DNA of 64,000 bases from Lama guanicoe. Taxonomy: Eukaryota. Position 1 is the first letter of the stretch, and every line of letters begins with the position of its first letter. The stretch covers positions 158,676 through 222,675 of the forward strand of contig MU053629.1 in NCBI GenBank assembly GCA_013239625.1. The letters are read 5' to 3'. This document shows, in pieces, positions 1 through 13,154 of this stretch. Under the pieces are notes generated by a model, which worked only from the letters and a program-made list of their open reading frames with translations, did not search any database and was not told the origin of the DNA. The position numbers were made by a program, and so were the translations under genes.

Positions 1-587
1 CTTGCGCTGTTACCTATCAACTCCACCTAGAACCAGCTCTCCGCCTCTTTTTGCTTCCTGAAAACACACTTTAATAATTTACAAGTGGAAGGAGGGGAAA
101 CAGCCGCATCGTAAAATGGCAGATAGAATGGAAACTGAATATGCATTTTGTTAACTCGTTCTTTTACTCCCTTTTGTGCCTGATTGGCTCTTCCTTAACT
201 CAGGGGCTACTTCTTAGTTATCTACCTCATTACAGAAATAAAAAACAAAACGTAGTACTTCCTTGATTTTCCATAAGGTATGGCTTAGCTGTTACTTATT
301 TATCGCGTTCTTTCATGCAATCATTGAACTGCTTCTGGTGTGGCAAGACGTAGAAAGTGGGGCTTTTATAATGCAAGGACTTTTTAAGTTAAGTAAATGA
401 AACCACCCACTGACAAGCCAATTCTCTTCAGAGAACAGGATTTTTTTCCCCTAAAATTTATTTCAGAAAACTGTTGCGATACCATAAGCTGAAATAAACC
501 TAAGAAATATTATTCGTAGTCACAAGTTTTTTTTAAATGCTTTGCTACACTTTATGTATGGAAAACTATGTGTGAATTGCTCTTAAC

Positions 588-934
588 TGCTGTGAACAGT
601 GTATACACCCTAAAATTCGTAGGCTGAAAGCCTAACCTTCCTTGTCAAGGTATTAGGTGGGGCCTTTGGGATGTAATCAGGTAATTAGGCAGAGCTCACG
701 AATGGGATTAATACCCTTATAAAAGAGACCCAGAAGCTCCCTCGCCCCTTCTGCCATGTGAGGATACATCAAGAAGACAGCCATCTATGAACCAGGAAGT
801 GGACCATCACCAGACATTGAATCAACTAACACCTTGATCTTGGACTTCCTAGAATAGAGAGAAATAAATTTGCATTGATTTTAATCCACCCAGCCTATGG
901 TATTTTGTAATAGCAGCCTGAACAGATTAAGACA
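588..934 (+). mobile_element. MaLR LTR (MLT1A/B-like)
   Basis: Typical MLT1 text: gaatgggattaatacccttataaaagag...ccatgtgaggata...accttgatcttggacttc...tagcagcctgaacagattaagaca. Confidence 0.75.
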
Positions 935-3900
935 ATCAAAAAGAAAAATGATTCCTTAAATACAAAGACCATGAGAGAAGAAAAAAATGTCAAAATCTCT
1001 ACAACTGATATTATGTAAAATAGATGTAAAAGGATGAACCAATGCTAACCAGTATTGGTGTTATCAGTATCCACCTCCATCCTTCACTCCTGTACACAAG
1101 CTAAATCCTTAACCTTTGGTTTTTCGTACTTTAGTCACCCTGACAAATTACCTAGGATGTATTTTGAAGCACTTTATACTTCTTTCCTTCACCGTCCACA
1201 ACCAGTTAACAGCCAAACCTGGTTATTATGCTTTTGCCGTATTTCCAGAATTCTCCTTATATCTCATCTGGGCCATGCAGTCACCTTCTAACTGACCTGG
1301 CCTCCAGTTTTTTCTTTCTCCATCCATCTGCACACTGTCACCAGAGCTAATTTTCCAAAGTACAGGTGAGCTTACGTAAGTTACCTGCTCAAAAACACTC
1401 AATTCAGCGTTCAGAAAGCCCTCTTCAACCTGTCCCAAATTTATTTCCAGTCCACCCCGAACAACCCCTCTCCCTTTGCGTATGCACGGGAGAATGCAAA
1501 AAAAAAAATTACACGTTCTGGTTGAGATAGGCACACACCATAAAAAGTTAAAAAACAAACAATGCAAGGTTGTATGAATAACAGTGAAGATGATGTGAAA
1601 GATGCTACGGACAGAATAGTGCGGTCAAGAAAATGGAACAGAAGGTATAATCTGGTGGGAGAAGTGGGCAATACTAATCCTTGTGTAATACCAATTTCTT
1701 GCATTTTTGTGCTACTTTACACTTTTGAAAGAATAATGCATATGCATGCCTTTGTAAGCATTATTCCACTTTATAAATACTTCTTCAGTTATACTTCATG
1801 GGTTATCACGCCATTATTACGCGAAGGTATGCATTTTCAAGTAAGCCTCACAAAAGATCTGTGAGATGAGTGATGAAGATAGTACTATTGTCCCCATTTC
1901 ATAGGAAAATTAAAGTCACTGATTTACTTAAAATTAGGTAATTTACATAGAATTGCAAGGTGCTTATTTCCTTCAGCTCCCTGAGCACTGCCACCAACTT
2001 TTCTTTTTAAGTAAGTACAGGTAAATCACCTGTAAGTAATTTCTCAGAGATCTGACTTTGAAAGGTTAATGACAGAATGGAAAATCTTAGGATGGAAAAA
2101 TTCAGCTCAAAATTGTCAGCAGGAATAATGCTATTACCATATAGTATAAAAAGCTTTTAAGTTTTAACATTTTACTTTTTAAGTATGTTTTGAGGGGATT
2201 GGTCATTATGTGTGCAGAGTTATGCCCCGAATTTCCCGTAATTCTTGAAAAAGTCTGAAATTTACAGTCCTAATCCAAAACAAACCATAACTAGTGTCAA
2301 GAAACATCATTAGCTCTCTAAGGCATAGCGCTATACCAAAAAGAATTTGGATACAAAGGTTAACTAAAGGAAAGGAACATTCTAGTCATTAGAGCTCTTA
2401 TAGTCATTCTGGCTTCAGAACAATGAGAGGGATAACAAAGGCAATTGCAGAGCTAAACTGCACTGAGGGATGGAGCAATAAAAACAGATGAGCAAAATAC
2501 TTCTGGTCAAAACAGAAGTCAAAATTAGAGACACGTTAAAAAAAATTCACCACTCTTGCTTAAAAATTGAAAAATAAGAAATTGTAACATTACACTACCT
2601 CATACCCACACCCCATTCCCCAGCCTTCCAGTTTGTTGAGAAAACAACAAAAGGGATTGGGGTCAGGGGTGGGGTAGGGGAGGAAAAGGAGGAGAAAGCT
2701 AGAGAATAAGCAGGATGCCATGGATTTTCAGAAACGTTAGGAAGCTTCACTGGGAGAAAGCACATGACTGGATTGCAGAATGTTAGAGACAGAGGAGAAC
2801 AAGAATCATCTGTTTAATCCAACCCCACCCTTTGACAGAAGGAGACACTGAGTTCAAGGGAGAATTAAGGGACTTGCTAAAGTCCGACCACAAGTTAGCA
2901 GCCATCAGAACTAAAACCCAAGTGTCCCAACTCCCTGATCTGTGTTCTTTCCATTACTCCATACTCTAGTTCTGCAAAATGAGATGAATAATTCAGAACA
3001 TCAGTATTTTATGTGGTTGTAAACGCTCTTCTTCTTGCTTTCCTTGACACCCTATCTCCTATGTATTATTTTTCGGGTTGGCTTTAAACTGTTCAGTTTC
3101 CTTCCACTCCAAGAGCACCTCTGACCTCAATGGTGTGGGACGTATGTAGGCTTACTTCGTAGAATTGTTTTCCAGCTCCATCATTGGATGTCCCCATAGC
3201 TGTGAGCGCTGAATGATCGCAGTCTTCCTCTGAGTAAATTTGTGTGATCCAGGTACAGGGCCTCATCCTGTTATTCTGTTCTCCCAAGTACTGCAGGGCT
3301 CATACTTCCAAGGTAAGGAAAACATAAGGTTTAATGTGGTCACAGGAGACCAGTCACACAAGGACACAACTCTGCTGTTTTCAAGCTTATACAGGAAATG
3401 CTTCTAAAGTGTTATTGAGGAAGGTGAATTGTTAATACAAAACAAAGCATATCTGCTTGGCTTGGCCAGAAAGAGAAATGTTTTTAAAGGAATCCATGTG
3501 TGAATCACCTAATCCCTAGCCAAGCAAAACTGTGTCATAACAGCTGTTAGCTAGCAGTGACTGTGCCAGGCATTTCCTGCATTTTTAACCCTCAAGACAA
3601 TCTTGTGTAGTAGGTATTATAACTCCCACTCTACAACTTCAGCTCCAAGAAGTTAATTGACCCACCCACAATCCCATAGTTAAACAGCTGCAAAACAGAT
3701 CTGAACCTAGGACAGATTGATCCCAAAGTCTATATGTCTTTACCTCTAAATTACCTCTCCCTTCAAAACCCAGCTTTGCTTTAACAACTTCTCAGACAAC
3801 CTCTCAGATTTTGAGTCACACACCATTTTAACCAAGGGCTCTCATTTGCAAAACTAACAGCATCTTGTCTCCTGAGAACAGTTGAGTCAAAACACATTCA

Positions 3901-5399
3901 CATGACCCTCAAGTATGTAATTGGGTAATCATTTCTCCCATAGATTTAGCACTGGCCCAAGACTTTTGGCCAGGAGTGGAGATGATATCAAGACCAAGAA
4001 GTAGCTAGTCAAGGGCATGAAATCCAGGGACCCACCAACCCTGCCCCCAGACAAAGTGTTCAATAGTCTCTTCTCATTCCTGCCTCAGCCTGATGGAGTC
4101 CAAATATTTTATCCTCTTCATTTCTTTCATTCCTCTTCTGACAGATGGACATAGCTGATATGATCTTGTACAGCCTGGGGCTACCTGCCTAGTATAGTGA
4201 CTGGGACCCAGAAGGCACTCAGGAAACATTGCTCTGAATGAATAAATGAACTAACGAACATTTGCTCTCTTCCGTAATAACAATAAATATAATGTAATTA
4301 TAATGTGTATAAATATACACAGACTCTATGCTAAACTTTTCATATACATTATCTCATTTTATAGCTATCTAGCTACATAGCTAGATACTGTTTATCATCA
4401 GAAGGGGAAAGGGTGCTCTCCTGGGTCCCTCTTATAAGTAATTTGCTCAAGGTCACATGGTGAGCTGCCATTCCAGAATCAAAACTACTGATTTCAGACC
4501 CAATTTTTTTAACCACTACATTCTACTACCTCCTTTCTATCTTTATTAACAATAACAATCATTGCTTCTGTGTATTTAGCATTTACCATGTTCCAAGCAC
4601 AGTGTTAAGTATGTTACATTATTAGAGGTGTTTAATTCCCAAAACAACTCATTTATGCCCATTAGTATATATATTTCCCTCCATTTCCCATCATTATATG
4701 AACTTGAATAAGTTTACTATGAATCTTTACTATGAATCATCATAATTTGCAGGGTGTATGTGACAATTCTAGAGACTATAAATCATCAAGCAGAGTGCCT
4801 GTGTAGGTATTTATCCTGGAAACAACATGCACATGCCCCATTCTGATATCACCTTTGCATGAATTCAATTTAATTTACTGAACATTATTTGAACAAGCAA
4901 TTAATTTGCAAGGCAGTATCTTAGCAGAAATAGCATCCACCCAAACGCTGAACAAAATGCCCCAGATGTCTTTCAACAAGCTAGCCAAGTGTATGCGAGG
5001 TAACTTTTGTTTACATATGGATGGACCCCTGTAACTCTACCCAGATCAAGATACAGAATATTTCCAGCAGCCCATAAGGTTCCCTGTACCCAGAGTGGTT
5101 TGTAATCAACAAAGAAAAGCCATTTAAAATCAGAATAGAAAACCAGAAGGCAGGTAAGGAATTTCGAAAGCTGAGCAACGAAAGGATGGATTTGGGGGAA
5201 GACATTAGGTAAAACTAAGACAATCTCAACTTCTATCTCGCCTTAATGGTGGGTGTAGAGTGCTTCTGTGATTCACATTCATTAAGTCCATCCATCTGTT
5301 CTCAGAATGACTCCGATATATCGCAGACTTAACTCTCTTAACTCTCTTTTGCACATGAGGAAACAGAAACATCTCCACCCAAAGCTGGAGGGAAAAAGA

Positions 5400-5560
5400 A
5401 CTGGGTGTCTGGAATTTGCGTAGCGGATCCAGCCACGTGGCGGAGAGAACGTTGGGAGGCCTGGCATCAGGTTACCTACCGGTGCCGCTCCCGCCCGCCC
5501 ACTGGCCGGCGTTCCAGGCCCCGGGTATAAAGGCTCAGGCCGGCAGTCTTCAAACAACCG
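5400..5560 (+). promoter_or_regulatory. C2CD4A core promoter
   Basis: E-box CACGTG 5434-5439, GC box ccgcccgccc 5491-5500 and TATAAA 5526-5531 at the CpG-rich edge upstream of the CDS. Confidence 0.7.
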
Positions 5561-5667
5561 TACTGAACCCCGTCGCGTGTGCTTTGAACTTCCCAGAGGC
5601 TGCGCGCCTCTCCGGGTTGGTGCCCCCGTCGGAACCGTGCGGAGACCTGTATGACGCTGGACCCCAG
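5555..5667 (+). other. C2CD4A: Predicted exon 1 of C2CD4A, with intron 5668-6147
   Basis: Start estimated about 25-30 nt after the TATA box. Donor CAG|GTACAT at 5667/5668, branch-point-like CTCTGAC about 6115-6121, acceptor ttgtgcgttgcag| at 6147. Confidence 0.55.
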
Positions 5668-6099
5668 GTACATTAGGAGAGAACTATAGCCTTGCTTAAC
5701 TCCCTTGTGGACTCGTCTGAGGCTCTTTGCTCTTAAAAGTGGGGAGCAAGGCGAATATCTTGGTGAGGATGTTAATTATTTTAATTCTCTCTGAGGATTA
5801 GAGTGCAATAATCCAAGGATTTAGGAAACACAAGCAGAGTGTCTCTTGGCACCGAGGACAGCGCAAGGCCAACGTTTTGAGAATCTCCGCCTTAGGCCAG
5901 GGAGGGCAGGTCTAGATTAAGGCAACAAACCCAAAGTGTACTACTGCTACGAAGTAGAGACAGGACAAGGTAAAACGAAAGTTTTGCAGTCAGCGAAACA
6001 CTGAAACGTATATGCAACAGAAGTGTGAAGGGCAGTTTGCCTTGTTCCTGGGGAGGCAGGAGGAAACACCCTATTAGAAAAAGAGACAGGAATTTCTGC

Positions 6100-7300
6100 G
6101 CCCTGCAAGGCTCACTCTGACGATCCGTGTGCGCTTGTGCGTTGCAGGCTGACCAGCTCCAGCGGAGGTTCCCCTGGATCCAGCACCTGCTGCCTGATGT
6201 GGTGCCTGGAGCGGCTCCGCTTGGGACCGGAGCGCCTCCTGCCGCACAGGAACCGTCTTTTCCAGGGTCGGGCAGGGCGATCCCCGGCGTGCACAAACGT
6301 GCTCACCCCGGACCGCATCCCCGAGTTCTGCATCCCCCCGCGACTGGCGTCCTGTCCGACCCTGGCTGCAGTCCGGGACTTCTGGGGCGAAAAAGCAGGG
6401 ACAGACGCCGCCGCAGGGCACACGGACTGGGACCCGCGCTCGCAGGCCGCGCTGTCGCTGCCGCACCTGCCCCGCGCGCGCACCGTTTATGGCTTCTGCG
6501 CGCTGCTCGAGAGCCCGCACACCCGCCGCAGGGAGTCGCTCTTCCTCGGGGGCCCGGGCTCCGTGGCGCTCCTGCCCGCGCCCCGCCCCCGGGCCCGCAC
6601 CTACGGCTGCCACCGAGACGCCCCCCTCCCGCCCCGGGGAGGAGNNNNNNNNNNNNNNNNNNNNNNNNNNNNNCCAAGACGCGCGCCCCGCGGTCCCGTG
6701 GCCGCCGCCTCGTACGCGTCCCTGAGGAGCTGCTGCGCCGCGCGCTGTGGGCCCGGAGGAGCCGCGGCTTGGCCCGCGCCCGCTCCGTCTCCAGTGGGGA
6801 CGGGGACGAGCACGAGGACGACAAGCGCCACGCCAATTCCGGGCCCCCGACACAGGCCCCCGCCGCCTCCCCTCCGCCGCCCCCCGGCCCGCGGCCCGAG
6901 CGCCTGGAGGCCGAGGGCACCGTGGCTCTGGGCCGCGCCGGCGGCGCCCTGCGCCTGGCCGCCGAGTACAGTCGGGCCGGCGGGCGCCTCCGCGTCCGGC
7001 TGCTCCCCGCCGAGGGCCCGGCCGGAGGGGCCGCCGAGCCCCGCGCCCCCGTCGGCTGCCGCGTCAGCTTCGTCCTGCAGCCGCCGGGCCAGACGCGCCG
7101 GCCGCGCGGCGCCGTGGTCCGGCGGAGCCGCCGCGCCGTCTTGGAGCAGGACTTGTGCTTGGACGGGCTGTCGGAGGACGAGGTGCGCCGCCTGGCCGTG
7201 CGCGTCAAGGCCGAGGACCGGGGCCGCCTGCTGGGCCGGGGCGAGCTGCTGCTGGGCCCCCTCCTGCCGCTCTGAGGGCGCGCCTGCCCCTGGGGCCGCT
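6100..7300. other. CpG island over the C2CD4A coding exon, containing a 29-N gap at 6645-6673
   Basis: Very high GC content and CpG density against AT-rich flanks. Confidence 0.9.
6197..7275 (+). CDS. C2CD4A: C2 calcium-dependent domain-containing protein 4A (NLF1), single coding exon spanning an assembly gap
   Basis: The 6137-ORF frame gives [12 protein letters not shown]...[17 protein letters not shown]...[18 protein letters not shown]...[18 protein letters not shown]. After the N gap (6645-6673), the 6127-ORF frame gives RSVSSG...[25 protein letters not shown]...[17 protein letters not shown]...[11 protein letters not shown], stop TGA 7273-7275. These are C2CD4 family motifs; the [12 protein letters not shown] start is C2CD4A-type rather than C2CD4B-type. 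Confidence 0.93.
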
Positions 7301-7301
7301 T

Positions 7302-7345
7302 TGTACAAAATAAACGTCTATTTCTTATGTTGGGTTTCGTTTCAG
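7302..7345 (+). terminator. Proximal polyadenylation signal of C2CD4A
   Basis: TGTA at 7302, AATAAA at 7309-7314, and a downstream U/GU-rich tract tttcttatgttgggtttcgtttc. Confidence 0.6.
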
Positions 7346-9486
7346 TCTAGTACTGGCAGAGATGATACTGGATTAATTGCCACAGTAAAAGATGTTATAA
7401 TTTGTGTAGATACCATCGAAATTCTTTTTCAGCAAATGGTGTGTTGTTCTGCAGTGGGGTTTTCCTATATTCCCCATGGCCCTATTAGGAGATAATGAAT
7501 CACATGAAGTATTAAAACTAGAGGGTGTGTTGGCGATCTGTTTGCTACAATATCCTCATTTTGAAGTTTGTTCATCCCGCAACATGCATTGGGACCATCT
7601 TGGAACATTTATTACTTTCCAAGCATTGTTTTAGACCCTGGACAAGAAAATGAGACCTGCTCAAGGTCAACAGTGAATTACTAGTAGGAGCTCAAATCCG
7701 ATACTCTTGGCTACATCTTGTTGGGGAAGCATAGGAAGATGTGAAACCATTTTAGTATTTTAAGCTTAAATAATAATTATAATAATTTTACAAGTATCAA
7801 CTCGAAACAACTCGAAAAATAGGTACGGCTAACCCTATTTTACAGATAAGGATACTGAGGCACAGATTAAGGAGCATAGTCAAGATTTGCACCTAGGTAA
7901 TCAGTATTTCACTCATCACTCTGTAAGTATTATCACAGTGTCTGTAGCGCTCATCTCACTAGTGTTGTGAAACTGCCTCTTATATCTGAAATTGTTAACT
8001 CTGAGGTTGAGGTCGCCTCACATTCCTCACCCTCTAGTAGAAAAGCAAATAGGTTAAAACGAGTGATTGACCATCTCATGCTAATGACTTCAGGCATTGA
8101 GATGAGCTGGGTCTATGACTGAGGGAGAAGCTAAAGACCTCAGAATCATAGAAAAAGGGATACCAGCGGTACTGGCACCAGGTGAACTCATGTGCCGGGG
8201 AAGAGAGTCAGGAGCGTACCTGTAACTTTGCTCTACCTCTTCTGGCTTCTGATAGTAATAATAGGTTTACTACATTTTGAAGGATGATGTTCCTTCATCC
8301 CTCACATTCATTGCCAACCAGACATATTTCTTCCTTTCTTACGCACATAGGAGGAAAATGTGCCCTAAATGAGCGTTGAAAATATGTAAACATGCTGTGA
8401 GTTGTTAAGTATGACTTCCTTAGCGGTCTGGATTCAGAAATGGTTTCTGCTCTCACTAAACTGTTGACAGTTTTACCCATTGGTGCTCAAGAAAAATGCT
8501 GTTTAGAAAAGAGTTTCACTTTTAATCACAGATGAAGCATAAACTGAAAATGAAGATATTTACAATGACATTCACTGAACAAATGTGAAAAATAACTGTG
8601 AATTAGTTGACTGGCAAAATCAACCCCATCTCGAAGGGCAAGGTGGTTGACCAAATGAATGATGACATCACAGTAGTTCAGATCTTTAACACGCTCTTTT
8701 ATCTACTCCCAGTCACCACTTCCTTGGCCTATAAGCCAACAATTTTTTTAAATAAAGAACCTTCTTAACAATTTTAGAATTTTAGTAACTAATTTTGAGT
8801 TCACATATGTAGTACTTTAAAAGAAAATAAATAGGAAGTGAAAACAGCTTGGGTATATACAAAATTGTTGTGGGGTTTTTTTGTTGCTGTTTTTAATAAA
8901 AACAGATTTCATTGATGGCTTAAATTGTAAAATTTATTCCAGAAAATATTGCAACCGCTATCGTCACTAGATTATATACAGGTAACTGTTCGGGGGCAGA
9001 AGTGTCATTTTCTTAAGAAGGTAAATGAGGGACCTAAGTTTTCCATGAAATAATGGTGGGTATTTCCAAACAACCTCCATTAATGACAAGTTACAGTTGA
9101 TTGAATAATGTAACAGTCTAGTCAACAAGATTTTAAATGACTTTAGAATCATAAATCATAAAACCATGGAATTTCTTTTCTTCATGAAAAGAACAGTAAG
9201 AGTCATTTTGTGCAAATCCATGTATCACAGAAGAGGACTAGAGAGGTAAATCATAAATTGCCCCAAATAACCCAATTAGTAAAAGAGCTGAGGCTAGAAA
9301 CAATTCTAGTTTTTATTTTGCTCTTGGACCACTACTTCTAAGAAAGGAGAAATACTTGTGCATAAATTACTTTACGTCACTGAACTAATTTAAATTTTTT
9401 GCATTTAAGAAATCTTGTTTGCAGTACAAATTTTTGTGGTAACATCAGGATTTCTGGGAGCAACTTTAAATTTGATTTGCATTTTG

Positions 9487-9500
9487 CTGCCCTCTAGTGG
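9487..9500 (-). promoter_or_regulatory. CTCF core motif
   Basis: Reverse complement CCACTAGAGGGCAG matches the consensus CCASYAGRKGGCRS at 14/14. Confidence 0.55.
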
Positions 9501-12500
9501 ATGCCTCATGTGTTTTGTTAGTGGGTCTGTCTACTTCCTATTAGACTAACTCAACTGAAGACCAACTAATGCCAGAACCCAGTGACCTTGAACGTGTGTG
9601 CTAATATCAGATTATAGGAAGAATCACATTGAGAAATAGCTAAATACAGCTATCTGAGCATAGGAGGTACTAAAATATTTTAAATTGTAAAAAAAGAAAA
9701 ACTTTTCCCAGTACTAATGAAGCTGGGTGTGTGTGGCAAGGACATGTTGGTTGCAGAAAACTGCTGTAAGAACTTCTCACATTTCCCATTGGGCTATAGG
9801 TATGCATATCTTTTCCACAAATGACATGACATAGTCTTGCCTCTTTGTGGTTTAAATATCTGAACATACACAAAGAAAACCCCAACACAATGGACAGGAA
9901 ATATTCCAGTTTAAATAGTGTTAAGTAGAATTTTAAAATCAAATCAACTGTTCTGTCACTAAGTCTCACAAAGATAATGCATTCTACACCTAAAATATTA
10001 GCTTTAATATGACTAAAACGTGCCTAGAAGATTATTTCTTTAGAATCTAATTTTCTTTTACCCACACTTCAACAATTCACAAACATTTTCCCCAGATCCA
10101 TTCCCAAGACCTAGGTAAAAATACTATTTTGGTCAAAGATATTTGGAAGACAGAGTAAACAGTGTGTACTATGTGATCCCTGTGATATTAAAGCAATAAA
10201 AATATGTAAGTGCAAATGAACTTATTTACAAAACAGAAAACAGACTCAGACATAGAAAACAAACTATAGTTACCAATAACATTTAGGCAAATGCCCCACT
10301 TAGGACAGAATTTCAAAGTAATATAACTATTTTTTCTTGAAGTAAGATGTCTGTAAAATATTTGGGTTCATTAAAAACTCCTAGAACATCAGAATTTTTA
10401 AATATTCAGCCCCAATTCAGTAGCTTTAGAGTTTAATAAGAGTCACTGAGTTTCTTTCCCAAAGCCATTAGTCATTTAAAATCAGTACAGATAAAGGAGA
10501 TCTATCATAGATCAAGATCACATTTTGTGAGAGTCAGTTAAAGGAAATAATTATATCACTAGAGAAAAGTCTGAATAGGACGGAGCTTAGAGACACTCTT
10601 GCTTTTCTTCCAGGTGGGTTAATAGAGGTCACCTTTGTCGAGGATTTGACAATCTCCTCTTTCCTGTCTGTATTGCTCTGCAGCAAGGTGAGGAGAAATA
10701 TGAGCTGTCTGGTGACATCAGAACCAGAACACTGCTGCAGAACCTGTTTCTGACAGTCATTATTCCAAGGTGCCACTCCACGCACAAATCTGGGCCTGGG
10801 TACTCTGTAGCGACTTTACAAGTGTCAGTGGCTGATAGTAAATTCACTTTTTAAAAGACAAATTTCTATGCAAAATCAGAGGGATGTGGGTTCCAGATCT
10901 CAACTGTTGTTTACTATCTGTGTCTCTTGGCCACGACAGTTAGCCTCTTGGCCATGTGACCTTTCTAAATGTCATTTCTTCGTTAGTAGCAATGTAGTGA
11001 TATGACCTACCTCATGGGATTTGTGTAAGGATTAAAGGAGATAATGAATTCAATGTCCTCCTCCATACAAGGGCTGGTGTGTAGAGCCGCTCAGTAAACA
11101 CTAGTTCTATTTTGGGCTTCTTCACATTGGATGATGTTTGTGGACTTTCCCCCAAGCTTCTAACATGTTCAGTGGGTGCTCATCCTGTAGCTGGGACCTT
11201 ACGTCTAAGGGAGTTAGTAGATAAGTTATATGACTCATTTGAGGAACAATACAAAGGACCAAAGCAAGTGTTATAAACCATAGTGCTACGGACAAGGATG
11301 CTTAACAGAAGGAACTGAGAAATGAGAAAAGCTCTGACATTTATTTAGCACTCATGTTCCAGACATTATACTACAGACACTAGCATTAGATCTCCTTGTG
11401 CCACTGCTGTGTGAGGAATGATTTACAGGTAGATTCTGATGCTCAGAGAAAACGCACAGTCATACAGCTGGTAAAGGGGGAGAAGCTGATTTGGAACGAT
11501 GTGCATATGACCACACAGCCTCTGCCAGGCTTTGGGGACCCAAGAAGTGGGCTGGGTTTTGGTTTAAAGAGAAAAACGGGAAGGGCAGCCTTAGAAAAGG
11601 AACTAAGTTTTGGATCCAAGATAAGTAAATGATGTTCTGGAAACATGGCTTCTTAGGTCCCCAACAGACCCGGGGAGCATCACGTGGCCACCTGCTGGGA
11701 ACTTTGACTTGTTGACATCCTGCCACGTAAAACTAAACTATGGATATCACCGTGCCTTGCAAAAATGAGAAGAGAGCAGCTCACCCTGTGTCTGCGGTCA
11801 TGTTTTATTCACTTATAATATCACATGGCCCTTGGACAACACTGTTTCTCCATCTTTTGAAGATATTTTACTGCATGACTAACTGTGTAATCAGCAGTAG
11901 GTCCGAAGTATATGCTTTTCTGAAAAATAGATACATCAAAGCTTTAAGCTTAAGAAAAAAATGACTGGTTTTGAGTCAAAGCAGATAGATTACTTTTTAT
12001 TTTATGTAACTCATTTCTCTAAGCTTGAGATGGAGGCCCGAGAGTTTCTTTGTTGGACCAAGGCCCCGAAATCTGACAAGTGTTTACCACCCTTGATATT
12101 TTAAAATACTTTCAAATGTCAATTTAATAAAGAAGAAAGTAAGTCCCTGAAGATAATAGAATTTAAAACTACCAGTCAACTTAGAAAAAAGTTGCTCAGT
12201 GTCCTTCTTCATTTTACAGAGGAAAAAAGTGAGACCCACCAGTGAAAGGATTTTGCAGGGTCATATACCAGTTAGCAACATAGCCTGACTCCCAGATTAC
12301 AGCCCCTTCTGCCTCCATCTGCCATAATACTAACCACACTTGTGAACTATTCATTTTTTGCATTATTCAAAAACATTTTGAAAAATGATCACCATCAAAA
12401 CACAACTATTCTCCTGCCACTCTGATCTAAATTATTTTTGTCTTCATTCACTACTTTCCAGCCTTTGCTTATCAGTATACCAATATTTACATAGCTTCAA

Positions 12501-13154
12501 GAATAGTGTATATACACATATCAATTTTTTCTATTTTTTGTCTGTGATTATAATTTGAGTTGTTCATGTTGCTATTGGTCTTTAGTATTATAACCCTTGA
12601 AATAGATACATAATAATCAATATAACTATGTCCCTATTTTTGAACATTTTACACTCTTCCCAATTTATTTTCTTCTCTTGATTTTTTTCTTGCATAAATT
12701 CTAAGTGATGAGACTTCAGGATCAAAGGCTATGAGCAGTGTTATGTCTCCTAACACACCTTAATAAATTGCCTTTCCCAGTTCGTTATATTTTCTTTCAC
12801 TAAGTGAAATGGGGGAAAGAAGTACTGTGAGGGGAAGGAGAGAAAAACTCTAAATTTAATAGGTTTGGAACTGAAGAACTAAACTTGTCTGTAGAAGGCA
12901 CAATGTTTCCAGAGGTATCATAGCAAGTGAAAAAGACTGAGGATGGCTTGGTTGCTATGATAAGTAAAGCTAGTGTTGTATATGATTGGCTATTAAGGAC
13001 TCTTTCTCAACGAATTTGTTGGTTTGGGCTGCTTCTGAGCAAGGGTCCCCTTGCTCTCCAACCTCCTCTTTCCCAAGTCAGTGGCTAGTTTACAAGAACC
13101 CCTAAAGAGCAAAAATGCTATTTGTGTTTGGATTAAAAAACCCCCACTGTCTTT

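Noticed and set aside
6074..7495. Several long overlapping ORFs (188-452 aa) on both strands
   Set aside because: By-products of stop-poor GC-rich DNA. Only the C2CD4A-matching segments are supported.
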